A stretch of DNA of 64,000 nucleotides from Gammaproteobacteria bacterium (GCA_051252515.1 JBPOFS010000004.1:228880-292879), one strand, 5' to 3'. Positions 1 through 9,782 are shown, counted from the first letter of the stretch. A program made the numbers and translations. The notes: generated by a model not told the origin, from the sequence alone.

Positions 1-213
1 GTAGACCCAGACTACTACGCTAAACTTGAAGCTGGCCAAGAGGCATTAGATACAGCCCGTAACTTATCATCGGACATTAATGCCATTCGCCAGCAATTGC
101 TCAATTCTGCCCCTACCACTCCCACGACTACACCCCCCCCTGCTGCTCCAGTCCAGGAAGATCCTGAAGATATGACTTTGGACTTAAGCACGCCTGCCAC
201 TCCTGAAAATTAA
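1..213 (+). CDS. 3' end (70 codons) of an unidentified upstream gene; Pro/Thr-rich acidic C-terminal tail
   Basis: Frame 1 is open from base 1 to TAA 211-213 (VDPDYYAKLEAGQEALDTARNL...TPTTTPPPAAPVQEDPEDMTLDLSTPATPEN*). It is missing from the ORF track because it has no in-window start. Confidence 0.4.
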   Translation, partial: VDPDYYAKLEAGQEALDTARNLSSDINAIRQQLLNSAPTTPTTTPPPAAPVQEDPEDMTLDLSTPATPEN

Positions 214-236
214 GCCCCAAGCAAACCCAAGCATTC

Positions 237-266
237 ATTACACCCGTTTATGTAAACGGGTATAAT
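237..266 (+). promoter_or_regulatory. Candidate sigma70 promoter for pntAA (ATTACA-18 nt-TATAAT), overlapping a hairpin ACCCGTTTA/TAAACGGGT (242-261)
   Basis: A perfect TATAAT lies at 261-266, 39 nt upstream of the pntAA ATG. The -35 is weak. The 9-nt inverted repeat could also terminate the upstream gene. Confidence 0.3.
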
Positions 267-304
267 GCCTCCACTTTTTGAGACGGTGATGTAAGGATCT
301 ACCT

Positions 305-1438
305 ATGACAATAAGAATAAGCGTTGCAAAAGAAATAAGGGATGGAGAACAAAGGGTTGCACTAGTGCCCGATGTCGCCAAACGATTACTTACACTGGGT
401 GTCGCTATCAGCATAGAGAGTGGCGCAGGAGAGGCCGCTGGTCACGCCGATGCCGACTATGTTGGCGTCGAAATCGTGACGGACGTCGATGCCTTGTACG
501 CAAATGCAGACATAGTTTTGACCGTTAACCCACCAGAAGAAGCACAAATGGCCAAGCTGAAGCCTGGCTGTGTTTTGATTGGCTATTTAAACCCCTATTC
601 CGATATACAGCGCTTCAAGGCTTTGCAGGAGAAAAACATCTCCGCATTTTCTGTAGAGATGATTCCACGCATCTCACGCGCACAAGCAATGGACGCCCTA
701 TCCTCGCAAGCGTCGATCGCCGGCTATAAAGCGGTTCTTATCGCGAGTACCATGCTGGGTAAGTTTTTCCCTATGCTGACAACCGCCGCGGGCACAGTAC
801 GCCCTTCTAAAGTGTTGATCATTGGCGCAGGGGTTGCTGGACTGCAGGCCATTGCGACCGCACGCCGACTTGGCGCGATCGTAGAAGGCTACGATGTGCG
901 AGCTGCCGTTAAAGACCAGGTGGAATCCCTTGGTGCCAAATTCGTCGATATCGACATCAAAGCCGAGGGCGCTGGTGGCTATGCACGCGAACTCACCGAT
1001 GAAGAACGTGCACAACAACAAGCAATTCTTGCCAATCATGTGGCTGCCGCTGATGTCGTCATTACGACAGCCGCAATTCCCGGCCGCCCTTCTCCCAAAA
1101 TCATTACTACAGAAATGGTAGAACGCATGAAAGGCGGATCAGTGATTGTCGACCTCGCCGCCGAAGGTGGTGGCAACTGTGCGCTGACCAAAGCCGGTGA
1201 AACCGTATTGCACCAACGCGTCAAAATTTACGGGCCATTAAATGTCCCGAGCACTGTGAGTGGTCACGCGAGTGAATTGTACGCAAAGAACCTTCTCAAC
1301 CTAGTGAGCCTTATGATTAAGGACGAAGCGCTGAACATCGATTTGGAAGATCAAATCTTGAAAGACAGCCTCATCACCCATCAAGGTGAAATCGTGAATG
1401 CTCAAATTAAAGAAAAAATTGCAGGAGGTGCACAATGA
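305..1438 (+). CDS. pntAA: NAD(P) transhydrogenase subunit alpha part 1 (dI, NAD(H)-binding)
   Basis: 377 aa with the AlaDH/PNT fold and a Rossmann motif (VLIIGAGVAGLQA). It is followed by the small membrane alpha-2 subunit and the beta subunit, with an ATGA overlap to the next gene. Confidence 0.93.
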   Translation: MTIRISVAKEIRDGEQRVALVPDVAKRLLTLGVAISIESGAGEAAGHADADYVGVEIVTDVDALYANADIVLTVNPPEEAQMAKLKPGCVLIGYLNPYSDIQRFKALQEKNISAFSVEMIPRISRAQAMDALSSQASIAGYKAVLIASTMLGKFFPMLTTAAGTVRPSKVLIIGAGVAGLQAIATARRLGAIVEGYDVRAAVKDQVESLGAKFVDIDIKAEGAGGYARELTDEERAQQQAILANHVAAADVVITTAAIPGRPSPKIITTEMVERMKGGSVIVDLAAEGGGNCALTKAGETVLHQRVKIYGPLNVPSTVSGHASELYAKNLLNLVSLMIKDEALNIDLEDQILKDSLITHQGEIVNAQIKEKIAGGAQ

Positions 1439-1743
1439 TTGAAGGATTAGCAGCGCTTTATATATTTATGCTCGCCGCATTTACTGGCTACGAGATTATC
1501 AGCAAAGTCCCCGTCATTTTGCACACACCCTTGATGTCTGGCTCGAACTTCGTGCACGGCATTGTATTAGTTGGCGCGATGATCGCTCTTGGCATCGCCG
1601 AGAACACGACACAACAAGCGATCGGTTTTGTTGCCGTATTATTGGCAGCGGGCAATGCAGTTGGCGGCTATGTCGTTACAGAACGCATGTTAGAAATGTT
1701 CAAACCTAGTGATAAAAAAGCCGATAAACAGGAGGCAAAATAA
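1435..1743 (+). CDS. pntAB: NAD(P) transhydrogenase subunit alpha part 2 (membrane)
   Basis: 102 aa with three hydrophobic helices. It sits between pntAA and pntB, and its start overlaps the pntAA stop. Confidence 0.88.
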   Translation: MIEGLAALYIFMLAAFTGYEIISKVPVILHTPLMSGSNFVHGIVLVGAMIALGIAENTTQQAIGFVAVLLAAGNAVGGYVVTERMLEMFKPSDKKADKQEAK

Positions 1744-3174
1744 ATGGACCTCCTTATACAAGCGAGTTATTTTTTAGCAGCCGTTTTGTTCATTCTAGGA
1801 CTCAAGCAAATGAGTTCTCCTGTGACTGCAAGACGCGGCATTCAATGGGCAGGGGCCGGCATGGTCTTGGCAACACTTGTGACGTTCATGTCTCATGAGT
1901 TGACCGAAAACCCACAGGCCATGACTAACTACATCCTTATTATTGTCGCTATCGCCATTGGTGGCGGTTACGCCTACGTGTCTGGCAAGAAAGTCGCCAT
2001 GACCGATATGCCGCAGATGATCGCGATGTATAACGGCATGGGCGGCGGCGCGGCAGCGACCATTGCGGCAGTCGAGTTACTCAAGGCCCAAGGCGAAGTG
2101 GCATCAGGCACTGGTCCCACCACTATCGCGCAAGCGATGGGTGTCGACATCACCATCCTAGCCATCCTAGGCGCCATCATTGGCACCATTGCTTTTAGTG
2201 GCTCTATCATCGCGTGGGCAAAACTCGATGGTAGGCTTAACACTAACAAGCTGCTGCCTAAGCAACAGGTCATTAACCTGATTCTTGCGCTTGTGCTAGT
2301 AGGGTTTGCAGTGTCTGTTTACTTCACTAACGCATTAATGCCGATCATCGTGTTCTTTGGTCTTGCCTTGGTTTTAGGGGTGTTTATCACCGTACCAGTA
2401 GGCGGAGCGGACATGCCCGTAATCATCTCCCTATTCAATGCGCTCACAGGCTTAGCAGTAGGGTTTGAAGGCTATGTATTAGGCAATGCGGCGATGATTA
2501 TTGCAGGGACCGTCGTAGGCTCCGCAGGCAGCTTGCTCACACACTTGATGGCTAAGGCGATGAACCGCTCTGTCAGCAACGTCTTCTTTAGTGGCTTTGG
2601 CACAGCTGCAGCCGCTGAAGGTCAAAGCGATGCAAGTGGCGGCACCATGAAAGAGGTTCAAGCTCAAGACGTCGGCATTATGATGGCCTATGCGAACCAA
2701 GTCGTTATCATCCCAGGCTACGGAATGGCAGTAGCACAAGCGCAGCATAAAGTGTGGGAGCTGACCCAACTGCTCACGGAAAAAGGCGTGAAAGTGAAGT
2801 TCGCTATTCACCCAGTGGCAGGCCGCATGCCCGGTCATATGAACGTACTGCTTGCTGAAGCTGGCGTTCCTTACGACATGATTTACGACATGGAAGATAT
2901 CAACGCAGACTTCGGCAACACCACGGTTTCACTCGTGATTGGCGCCAACGATGTCGTAAACCCCTCGGCCAAGAAAGACCCAAGCAGCCCCTTATTTGGG
3001 ATGCCTATTTTGAACGCCGAAGAATCTGAAAACGTGATTGTGATTAAACGCGGTCGTGGCACTGGATTCTCTGGCGTTGAAAACCCATTATTCGTTCTCG
3101 ATAACACACGCATGTTGTTTGGTGACGGACAAAAAGCCGTGAACGAACTTATTCAAGCTGTTAAGGAACTCTAA
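1744..3174 (+). CDS. pntB: NAD(P) transhydrogenase subunit beta
   Basis: 476 aa. The N-terminal part is a polytopic membrane domain and the C-terminal part is the dIII NADP(H) domain (IIPGYGMAVAQAQH, HPVAGRMPGHMNVLLAEA, GANDVVNP). Confidence 0.95.
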   Translation: MDLLIQASYFLAAVLFILGLKQMSSPVTARRGIQWAGAGMVLATLVTFMSHELTENPQAMTNYILIIVAIAIGGGYAYVSGKKVAMTDMPQMIAMYNGMGGGAAATIAAVELLKAQGEVASGTGPTTIAQAMGVDITILAILGAIIGTIAFSGSIIAWAKLDGRLNTNKLLPKQQVINLILALVLVGFAVSVYFTNALMPIIVFFGLALVLGVFITVPVGGADMPVIISLFNALTGLAVGFEGYVLGNAAMIIAGTVVGSAGSLLTHLMAKAMNRSVSNVFFSGFGTAAAAEGQSDASGGTMKEVQAQDVGIMMAYANQVVIIPGYGMAVAQAQHKVWELTQLLTEKGVKVKFAIHPVAGRMPGHMNVLLAEAGVPYDMIYDMEDINADFGNTTVSLVIGANDVVNPSAKKDPSSPLFGMPILNAEESENVIVIKRGRGTGFSGVENPLFVLDNTRMLFGDGQKAVNELIQAVKEL

Positions 3175-3179
3175 GAAAA

Positions 3180-3671
3180 ATGAGCGAGACGATTGCAACA
3201 AACGAAGAGCAAGATGCTCCAACCGCTGGATTGCTGCGACGTCTCGCTGCACTGCTTTACGACGCCTTTCTTGTGGCGGCGATTTGGATGGCGCTTGGGT
3301 TTGGCATGCAGTTTATTGTCGGCCCAGACACCAACCAGCTGATCGACGGACAAGTACAAACAGACCCAATCATCGGAGCCATTCTCTTTATAGGAGAAGT
3401 CGCGAGTGCTGCTGGATTCTATATGTGGTTCTGGCTGCGTACAGGACAAACTCTAGGAATGATCGCTTGGAGAATTAAAGCGGTTAATGCTTCTGGTCAA
3501 CTCATGAGCCCTAAGCAGGCGATCTTGCGCTTTGTATTGGCATGGCCTTCGTTTTTCTGTCTCGGAGTCGGCTATCTGTGGATGTACATCGACAAACATG
3601 GCAATGCCATTCACGACATACTTTCTGGCACTCAGGTGGTAGTGGTTGCTAAAGGCGCCAGAAACTTCTGA
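3180..3671 (+). CDS. RDD-family membrane protein
   Basis: 163 aa. The N-terminal RRLAALLYD segment matches the RDD motif context. It has three hydrophobic helices. Confidence 0.65.
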   Translation: MSETIATNEEQDAPTAGLLRRLAALLYDAFLVAAIWMALGFGMQFIVGPDTNQLIDGQVQTDPIIGAILFIGEVASAAGFYMWFWLRTGQTLGMIAWRIKAVNASGQLMSPKQAILRFVLAWPSFFCLGVGYLWMYIDKHGNAIHDILSGTQVVVVAKGARNF

Positions 3672-4745
3672 TTACACCCTACGGATTAGCAACACTCCCG
3701 ATATGCCGCAAATGGCAATCGGAATCATCACCGCTATAATCGGGCTAAAACCATACAATAAACTGGCAGGGCCAAGTACTCTTTGGGCAATTGTGAAAGC
3801 AAGGCCAATTCCAATAGCCATGAAAACACGAGCCCCCATAGTCACAGAGCGCAGAGGTCCAAACACAAAAGAAATGGCTACTAGCACTAGCGAAGCCGTT
3901 GCCAATGGTTGCAAGAGCTTCTTCCAGAACGCTAAGAAATACGTATCGCTTTCCAACCCCTCTTCTCTGAAATACTCTGCAAACTGATACAAACCCGATA
4001 TCGATTGTCGCTCAGGCTCCACAAGCAAAACGCTTAACAATTCAGGAGACAAATCGACACGCCAGTCATAACTCTCGTATTGATTAACGGCGATCTCTCC
4101 ATTACCGAACTCTGTTTCTGATACCGAGTTTAGACGCCAAAAATACCCTTGCTCATCTTCTAGGTAAGTCGCACTGCTGGCAAAACTGCTAGTCCTCAGT
4201 CGGCGTTGCTCATTCAACGTGTAACGAGTCACACCTTGCAACTCAGAGCCACCAGGCAAGATGACATTGATATGAATAAACTCGTTGCCTATTTTTCGCC
4301 ATTCTCCACGTGATGAGTTCAATGCCAAACCACCACTTTGAATCATCGCCAGCTCACTTTGAGCGGTCTGCTGTAACCGAGGTGCCACGTACTCCCCTAA
4401 CAACAAACTAATAACCATGACCGCTACAGTAGGCTTCATGACCGCACCAACGATACGCCACGTGCTTACCCCAGCGGCTTGAATCACCACTAATTCATTA
4501 TGCGATGCCAACAAGCCCAAACCGATCAAAGCTCCTCCCAGTGCAGAGAAAGGCAGCATCTCGTATATACCGGTCGGCATTATTCGCAGCGTATAAATAA
4601 GTGCATCCGTCGCACTATAGCCATCGACACCTCGGCCTAACTCGTCCGTCAGCGTAAAAATAAAGTCCAGACTAAAGGTAAGCCCCATCACTACTAACAT
4701 CGACAACAGCACGCTATTGCGGATATGCGCATCTATTTTTCTCAT
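3672..4745 (-). CDS. lptG: LPS export ABC transporter permease LptG
   Basis: 357 aa YjgP/YjgQ-type permease. It lies immediately downstream of lptF with a 4-nt overlap, in the classic arrangement divergent from pepA. Confidence 0.85.
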   Translation of the reverse strand: MRKIDAHIRNSVLLSMLVVMGLTFSLDFIFTLTDELGRGVDGYSATDALIYTLRIMPTGIYEMLPFSALGGALIGLGLLASHNELVVIQAAGVSTWRIVGAVMKPTVAVMVISLLLGEYVAPRLQQTAQSELAMIQSGGLALNSSRGEWRKIGNEFIHINVILPGGSELQGVTRYTLNEQRRLRTSSFASSATYLEDEQGYFWRLNSVSETEFGNGEIAVNQYESYDWRVDLSPELLSVLLVEPERQSISGLYQFAEYFREEGLESDTYFLAFWKKLLQPLATASLVLVAISFVFGPLRSVTMGARVFMAIGIGLAFTIAQRVLGPASLLYGFSPIIAVMIPIAICGISGVLLIRRV

Positions 4746-5857
4746 GCGTTCACCCTCGCGGCCCGGCGCGCAGGACGTCTCAATTTAGGGCCATAAAGCA
4801 GAAACAAACCAAAGGCTAGGAATATGCCATGTACCCACCAAAGACCCACAGCAACAGGAACCGCCTCATCTTCAATCAATGTCATCGCCATTTGCAACGC
4901 CACATAGTAAAGCGCGAACAACACGCTTGCGGGCAATAATTTGCTAAAGCGACCACGCCGCGGCTCCACCTTGCTCAATGGCACGGCAACCAGTGTCAAA
5001 ATAGGAATCATGAGTATCACTGAAAGACGCCATTGCAACTCAGCTTGGTGCGCTGGATCGGGAGAGTTCCATAACGTGCTAGTCGGCATCGACTTCTCAC
5101 GCGTGACCTCTGTGATCCGCTCAGGCTCTGGCATTAGAATCGCTTGCTCATCGAACTGGGTCACAAGGTAATCCGCTTGCCCTGGCACCCCTTCATATAA
5201 CACCCCGTTCTCAAGCAGCATAAAGCGGCGACCGCTAGCCTCATCAATAATCGGGCGTGCCGTTTCCGACAAGATCACACGCAGTCCTTGCTCTTGTGCA
5301 AGCGCATCGGCACGGCGCCATGCGACAAAGGTATTATTGAGCAAGCGGCCATTGGCACCAGTATTGATCGACTCGGCATAGGTCGTGCGAAGCCCTCCGT
5401 CAAAGCGTTGGAACTGCCCAGCCACAATGAGATCAAGCTCTGTTAATTCATCTTGGCTCTCTAGTAAGCGCTCAGTGTTTTGTAATCCCATTGGCGCTAT
5501 TTGCAAGCTCATTACCCCCATGACAACGGACAGAAATGAGGCGCTAACAACAGTGCTAAGGGTTAAACGTTTTTGGCTATAGCCACATGCACTAAGCACC
5601 GTCATCTCGTTTTCAGAGTACATCCGGCCATAGGCTAATAGAATGCCTAAAAATAAGGCAAAGGGAATTATCACGAGAAGAAAGTCGGGTAAACGAAACA
5701 CCATGAGGCGCAACAGAATGTCGGAAGATATTTCGCCAGCCACCGCTTGACCCAAGTAGCCAAGAAATCGCGAAATCATAATGACAACTAAAAGGATGAG
5801 CGTAACGGCACTCATGACCTGGAATATCTGTCGAGTTAAATAGCGGAAAATAATCAC
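4742..5857 (-). CDS. lptF: LPS export ABC transporter permease LptF
   Basis: 371 aa with the typical LptF N-terminus (MIIFRYLTRQIF). It has a periplasmic beta-jellyroll insert between TM3 and TM4. Confidence 0.85.
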   Translation of the reverse strand: MIIFRYLTRQIFQVMSAVTLILLVVIMISRFLGYLGQAVAGEISSDILLRLMVFRLPDFLLVIIPFALFLGILLAYGRMYSENEMTVLSACGYSQKRLTLSTVVSASFLSVVMGVMSLQIAPMGLQNTERLLESQDELTELDLIVAGQFQRFDGGLRTTYAESINTGANGRLLNNTFVAWRRADALAQEQGLRVILSETARPIIDEASGRRFMLLENGVLYEGVPGQADYLVTQFDEQAILMPEPERITEVTREKSMPTSTLWNSPDPAHQAELQWRLSVILMIPILTLVAVPLSKVEPRRGRFSKLLPASVLFALYYVALQMAMTLIEDEAVPVAVGLWWVHGIFLAFGLFLLYGPKLRRPARRAARVNA

Positions 5858-5897
5858 TCTTAGATAATACCCTCGACACTAGTCAGTGCTGTATGAA

Positions 5898-6341
5898 TCA
5901 ATCAGTGTCTTGCTCTGAACTTTCCAACATTTCACGAAATGCCTTCGGGACTAAAGCGATTTTATGCTTATCGAAATCGAAGAAAACGACTCCGGTTTTA
6001 GCATTACAAACAACTCGATCTAACGCCGTGTTGGTAATTTGAAAATAGATATCACAACCATAGCGATTAAACCGACCAACGCCTACTTCTATATTCAACA
6101 CATCGTTGGCAAAAGACTCAGATTGATAATCTACGGCAAGGTCAGTCACGACCATCCCTAAACCAAAGATATTGGCCTCCGTAAACCCCAAACCTGCGAG
6201 AAACTGCAAGCGAGCCTCATGCACAATGCGCACCATCGAGACACTGTCTAGGTGTCGGGCATAGTTGAGGTCACTAATCCCTACTGCGCGCTGTAAGGAG
6301 AATAGGAACTGCTCGGGCATCGTGATCTTAACGCGTGACAT
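5898..6341 (-). CDS. Hotdog-fold acyl-CoA thioesterase (4HBT/YbgC-like)
   Basis: 147 aa. Its size and pattern (VNYARHLD-like N-terminal segment, VVTDLAVDYQSE, central helix) fit thioesterase-superfamily proteins. Confidence 0.55.
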   Translation of the reverse strand: MSRVKITMPEQFLFSLQRAVGISDLNYARHLDSVSMVRIVHEARLQFLAGLGFTEANIFGLGMVVTDLAVDYQSESFANDVLNIEVGVGRFNRYGCDIYFQITNTALDRVVCNAKTGVVFFDFDKHKIALVPKAFREMLESSEQDTD

Positions 6342-6626
6342 GATTTCACCGTGTATTTGCTATAACGCTTGCTACTGATGGACAGTGCCGCCCCCTTAAA
6401 CCACAAGGACACACCGTCAATTTGAGGCCGCCAATTCTAATCAGCACACGTATAGATGTACACCTCTTTAGGATTTACGGCTCTCGCAACATCAGTGAAA
6501 ACAGTCCTTAAGCCCTCGATAACCGCTAGCTATTGCGCAGGGGGGGGAAACTCCCTAGCATTGGACACATAGGTTGCAACATGCACCTCATTACTTACTT
6601 CCAATTTTCAAGAAGGGACTTGCCAC

Positions 6627-8114
6627 ATGAAATACGCATTGCTCAGCACGAACCCCGCCTCTAAAGCCACAGATTGCCTTGTCGTTGGTGTTTGGACAAA
6701 AGGCAAACTTACCGCACAGGCGAGTGATCTGGACAAAGCGACTGGCAAGGACATTAGCCGCATTGTGGCAACAGGGGATATCAGCGGCAAAATTGGTGAG
6801 GCCCTAATCGTGCATCCCTCTGCAGGCAAAGCAAAACGTCTGTTATTGGTCGGCTGTGGCGAAGAAAGAGCACTCGATGCCCGTGCCTATCGCAAGATCG
6901 TTACCGGCGCGATCAAGGCGCTTCTAAAAGCAAACGCCAAAAATGCAGTATTCACCCTAGCAGAACTGCCCGTCAAAGACCGTGATGCTTCATGGGCAGT
7001 CACTTTATTGGTACAAGAGTGTGAAAACGCCAACTATCAATATGACGCGACTAAGAGCAAGAAGAAGCCTGCCTACTCTCTGTCGACTGTAAGCCTTAGC
7101 ACGCCTAAAGGCGCCCAGAAAAAAGCCATGACAGAAGCCTTGAAAGCTGGCACCGCTATTGGCCTAGGCATGAACATTGCCAAAGAGCTTGGCAATCTAC
7201 CTGGCAATATCTGTACCCCCACGTATCTTGCCAACACCGCCAGCAAACTCGCGGGAAAATACAAATCTATTAGCACGAAGATCCTTTCTGAAAAACAGAT
7301 GGAACGCCTAGGCATGGGCTCTTTACTCTCGGTCAGCGCGGGCTCTAAAGAAGAAGCCAAACTGATCGTCATGGAATACAAAGGCAACGCCAAAGCCACT
7401 AGCCAGCCCTATGTGCTCGTCGGAAAAGGCATCACATTCGACACCGGCGGCATCAGCCTCAAAGGCGGCGCGGGAATGGACGAAATGAAATACGATATGT
7501 GTGGCGCCGCAAGTGTTATAGGCACGATGAACGCTGTGGCCGAGCTTGGCCTAAAAATCAATGTTGTTGCCGTAGTCGCTGCCGCCGAAAACATGCCGAG
7601 CAGCACTGCTACCAAGCCTGGCGATATCGTGACCAGCATGTCAGGTCAAACTATCGAAGTATTGAACACTGATGCAGAAGGACGTTTGGTATTGTGCGAC
7701 GCACTCACTTACGTAGAGCGCTTCAAACCGAAAACCGTTATCGATATCGCGACTCTCACAGGCGCCGCAGTCGCAACGTTCGGAGACCAAACTACGGCAT
7801 TACTGAGCACCCACCAGCCATTAGCGGACGAGCTGCTCAGCATCAGCCAAGACACTTTAGATTTTGCATGGCAGCTACCGCTGTGGGATGAGTACCAGCC
7901 ATTGCTAGAAAGTAATTTTGCAGACATCGCGAATATTGGTGGGCCAAGAGCAGGCACAATCACAGCGGCATGTTTCTTATCGCGCTTCACGAAAAAGTAT
8001 CATTGGGCGCATTTGGATATCGCGGGAACGGCGTGGATGTCAGGCGCACAAAAAGGCGCAACGGGCCGTCCAGTCCCATTATTAGTAGAGTACTTACGAC
8101 GTCAAAAAGCTTAA
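6627..8114 (+). CDS. pepA: Leucyl aminopeptidase (M17)
   Basis: 495 aa with the M17 signature NTDAEGRLVLCDAL and metal-ligand blocks (VGKGITFDTGGISLK, MKYDMCGAA). Confidence 0.95.
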   Translation: MKYALLSTNPASKATDCLVVGVWTKGKLTAQASDLDKATGKDISRIVATGDISGKIGEALIVHPSAGKAKRLLLVGCGEERALDARAYRKIVTGAIKALLKANAKNAVFTLAELPVKDRDASWAVTLLVQECENANYQYDATKSKKKPAYSLSTVSLSTPKGAQKKAMTEALKAGTAIGLGMNIAKELGNLPGNICTPTYLANTASKLAGKYKSISTKILSEKQMERLGMGSLLSVSAGSKEEAKLIVMEYKGNAKATSQPYVLVGKGITFDTGGISLKGGAGMDEMKYDMCGAASVIGTMNAVAELGLKINVVAVVAAAENMPSSTATKPGDIVTSMSGQTIEVLNTDAEGRLVLCDALTYVERFKPKTVIDIATLTGAAVATFGDQTTALLSTHQPLADELLSISQDTLDFAWQLPLWDEYQPLLESNFADIANIGGPRAGTITAACFLSRFTKKYHWAHLDIAGTAWMSGAQKGATGRPVPLLVEYLRRQKA

Positions 8115-8202
8115 TCGGCACTTCGTTGCGACCCCGGCTATCAATACGGGGGGCATCGTTGGGTATTGTGCCAGCCTTTGAGTCTAGCGTTAAGTTTAGG
8201 GT

Positions 8203-8245
8203 CACAGGACTCGCCGTGAACCCATCCTTGGGGGCTCAGCTGATG
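8203..8245 (-). repeat. Partial, inverted copy of the structured repeat family seen at 14994-15450
   Basis: The reverse complement reads ...CATCAGCTGAGCCCCCAAGGATGGGTTCACGGCGAGTCCTGTG. This matches the unit core GAGCCCCCACGGACGGGTTCACGGCGAGTCCTGCG. The internal small hairpin is deleted. Confidence 0.8.
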
Positions 8246-8336
8246 CGGCGCGCGATAAATGGCTGCCAAAAACCTGATAAATGCACTTTAGACTGAGTTT
8301 CACTAGATGAAACGATATTATCACAGATGAAACTCT

Positions 8337-8777
8337 CTAAGCCCTCTTAATAACTGAACCTACCATGTCATGTCTAGCAGCCAGCATCGCTGGCGAGTAT
8401 CTCCAAGGATCTTTATAGCCGAGAGCTGCCGCACAGGCTTCAGAGCAAAACCACTTCTTACTCCTGCCCTCGATAGGCCCAACGAAGCCAATCAGACCTT
8501 TTACGTCATAATCCTCACCTAGATGAAGCAGAAACCAATCCCGCGCAGCAGCCTCGTCTGTAAAAGGCAGATCCACCAGATCCCATCGATCAGGTGAGAG
8601 ATCGATCAGCTTAATCCGTACTCCCCCATCAAGCTTGCTCGAGGAAGCACATTCAGCCTCACCACTGTCCAATTGGTAACTGAGAACAAGTTCGCAATGA
8701 CTGTAGGAAGATCTAGTCCACCATTGCACCATCCGGTCGAACAAGCGTTTGCCTCCTTTGTAAAAAGCTAGTTGCAT
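8337..8777 (-). CDS. Phage-associated hypothetical protein, possibly a permuted papain-like (YiiX/NlpC-P60 superfamily) hydrolase
   Basis: 146 aa. A His-containing block (SYSHCELV) precedes a Cys block (WFCSEACA), as in permuted papain-fold enzymes. It lies 1 nt downstream of the tail-fibre-assembly-like gene. Confidence 0.4.
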   Translation of the reverse strand: MQLAFYKGGKRLFDRMVQWWTRSSYSHCELVLSYQLDSGEAECASSSKLDGGVRIKLIDLSPDRWDLVDLPFTDEAAARDWFLLHLGEDYDVKGLIGFVGPIEGRSKKWFCSEACAAALGYKDPWRYSPAMLAARHDMVGSVIKRA

Positions 8778-8778
8778 T

Positions 8779-9300
8779 TCAGTCTCCGAATACCAGTGGC
8801 CAGCCAGCCTTAATATCTATCGAGCGCGGATCAGTTGATGCGAGTACCTGGGCAATTAAACTTTCAGCGTAGGCAAACAATGCTGAATCTTGCGTTGCTG
8901 CTGATGTAAATATCTGTCCAGCAAGGGTAGGCGTCATATCTACTTTCGAGCCATCCATGGTTTTCCATTTCAGTCCAACCGGTATATTCACCCCCATCAT
9001 CACAAGCCCGATTTGCTGAGTTCTAGAAAAAGTGTCCGAATGGAACCACTTACCTGCTACCGGGAACCCGCCAAATTGATTCTTGTGGTCACGCAACTTC
9101 TTTATATCCTCCCAAATGCCATCGAGGTCTGAGTTCGATAACTGTGGTGGCAAGAAGTCACCTTCTTCAACATCACTGATGGTGTACTCGCCGATCACCG
9201 TGAATGGGAACGTGCTGCCATCACATAGTAAGGCCGCAGAGAGCACTGAAACCTGCTTGAATGGGCCGAATACGTTTTCTCCAGCGGTGACCTTTTTCAT
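8779..9300 (-). CDS. Phage tail-fibre-assembly-like protein (DUF4376-like)
   Basis: 173 aa. The block KWFHSDTFSRTQQIGLVMMG resembles the DUF4376 domain of tail-fibre accessory proteins. It has a TAATG overlap with the upstream fibre fragment. Confidence 0.45.
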   Translation of the reverse strand: MKKVTAGENVFGPFKQVSVLSAALLCDGSTFPFTVIGEYTISDVEEGDFLPPQLSNSDLDGIWEDIKKLRDHKNQFGGFPVAGKWFHSDTFSRTQQIGLVMMGVNIPVGLKWKTMDGSKVDMTPTLAGQIFTSAATQDSALFAYAESLIAQVLASTDPRSIDIKAGWPLVFGD

Positions 9301-9782
9301 TAGATGACCCTCTGCTTATTAACTACCGTCATATAGGGATTCGACTGCATGATTGAATTCATACCCCAGCGTGCGGAAGGACTAATTTTGTCGCCCGAGC
9401 CATTTCTTTGCACCACGTAATCCCCCATATCCCACCCGCCTCCCGCAAAGTAAGAATTGGGATATCCAGCTGATAACGTACCTCTTGTTTTTTCGCCTAA
9501 CAGTCCACTAGTGGGAAAATCATACAACCCATGGCTAGGAGTTAACTGAGCGCTAGAATAGTCATTACCAACGAGCCCCCCACCAAACTCTACTTTAGGA
9601 TCGCCACCTACAGAACTCACGGAAAATCCATGCAAGGTCGCAGATTTTACCAAGCCGCCAAGCCACTTCCCGTTCTTCCCGCCAAACGCAACCATTGAAG
9701 TAGCCCCTGACCTGCAAACCTCGGTGAAAGTACCGGCTACAGCTGTGCCTGATGAATTAGCAAATGGGCGCGTGACAATAGT
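9300..9782 (-). pseudogene. 5'-truncated phage tail-fibre gene (C-terminal about 160 codons only)
   Basis: The Gly/Ser-rich fibre-like sequence is open upstream of the listed ATG (9695) as far as a stop at 9783-9785 (...NSSGTAVAGTFTEV...). No plausible N-terminal shaft, baseplate genes or start context are present. Confidence 0.45.

Noticed and set aside
698-1224. Antisense and alternative-frame ORFs inside pntAA. Comparable shadow ORFs occur inside valS, ileS, pepA, lptFG and other genes (for example 3646-3987 and 20586-20897).
   Set aside because: They lie within strongly supported conserved genes, and their composition is mirrored from the coding strand. Nothing in the sequence supports independent expression.
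7970-8296. 108-aa plus-strand ORF considered as a displaced holC
   Set aside because: It overlaps the last ~145 nt of pepA in another frame, runs through the repeat fragment, is Arg/Ser/Gly-rich, and bears no resemblance to the DNA polymerase III chi subunit.
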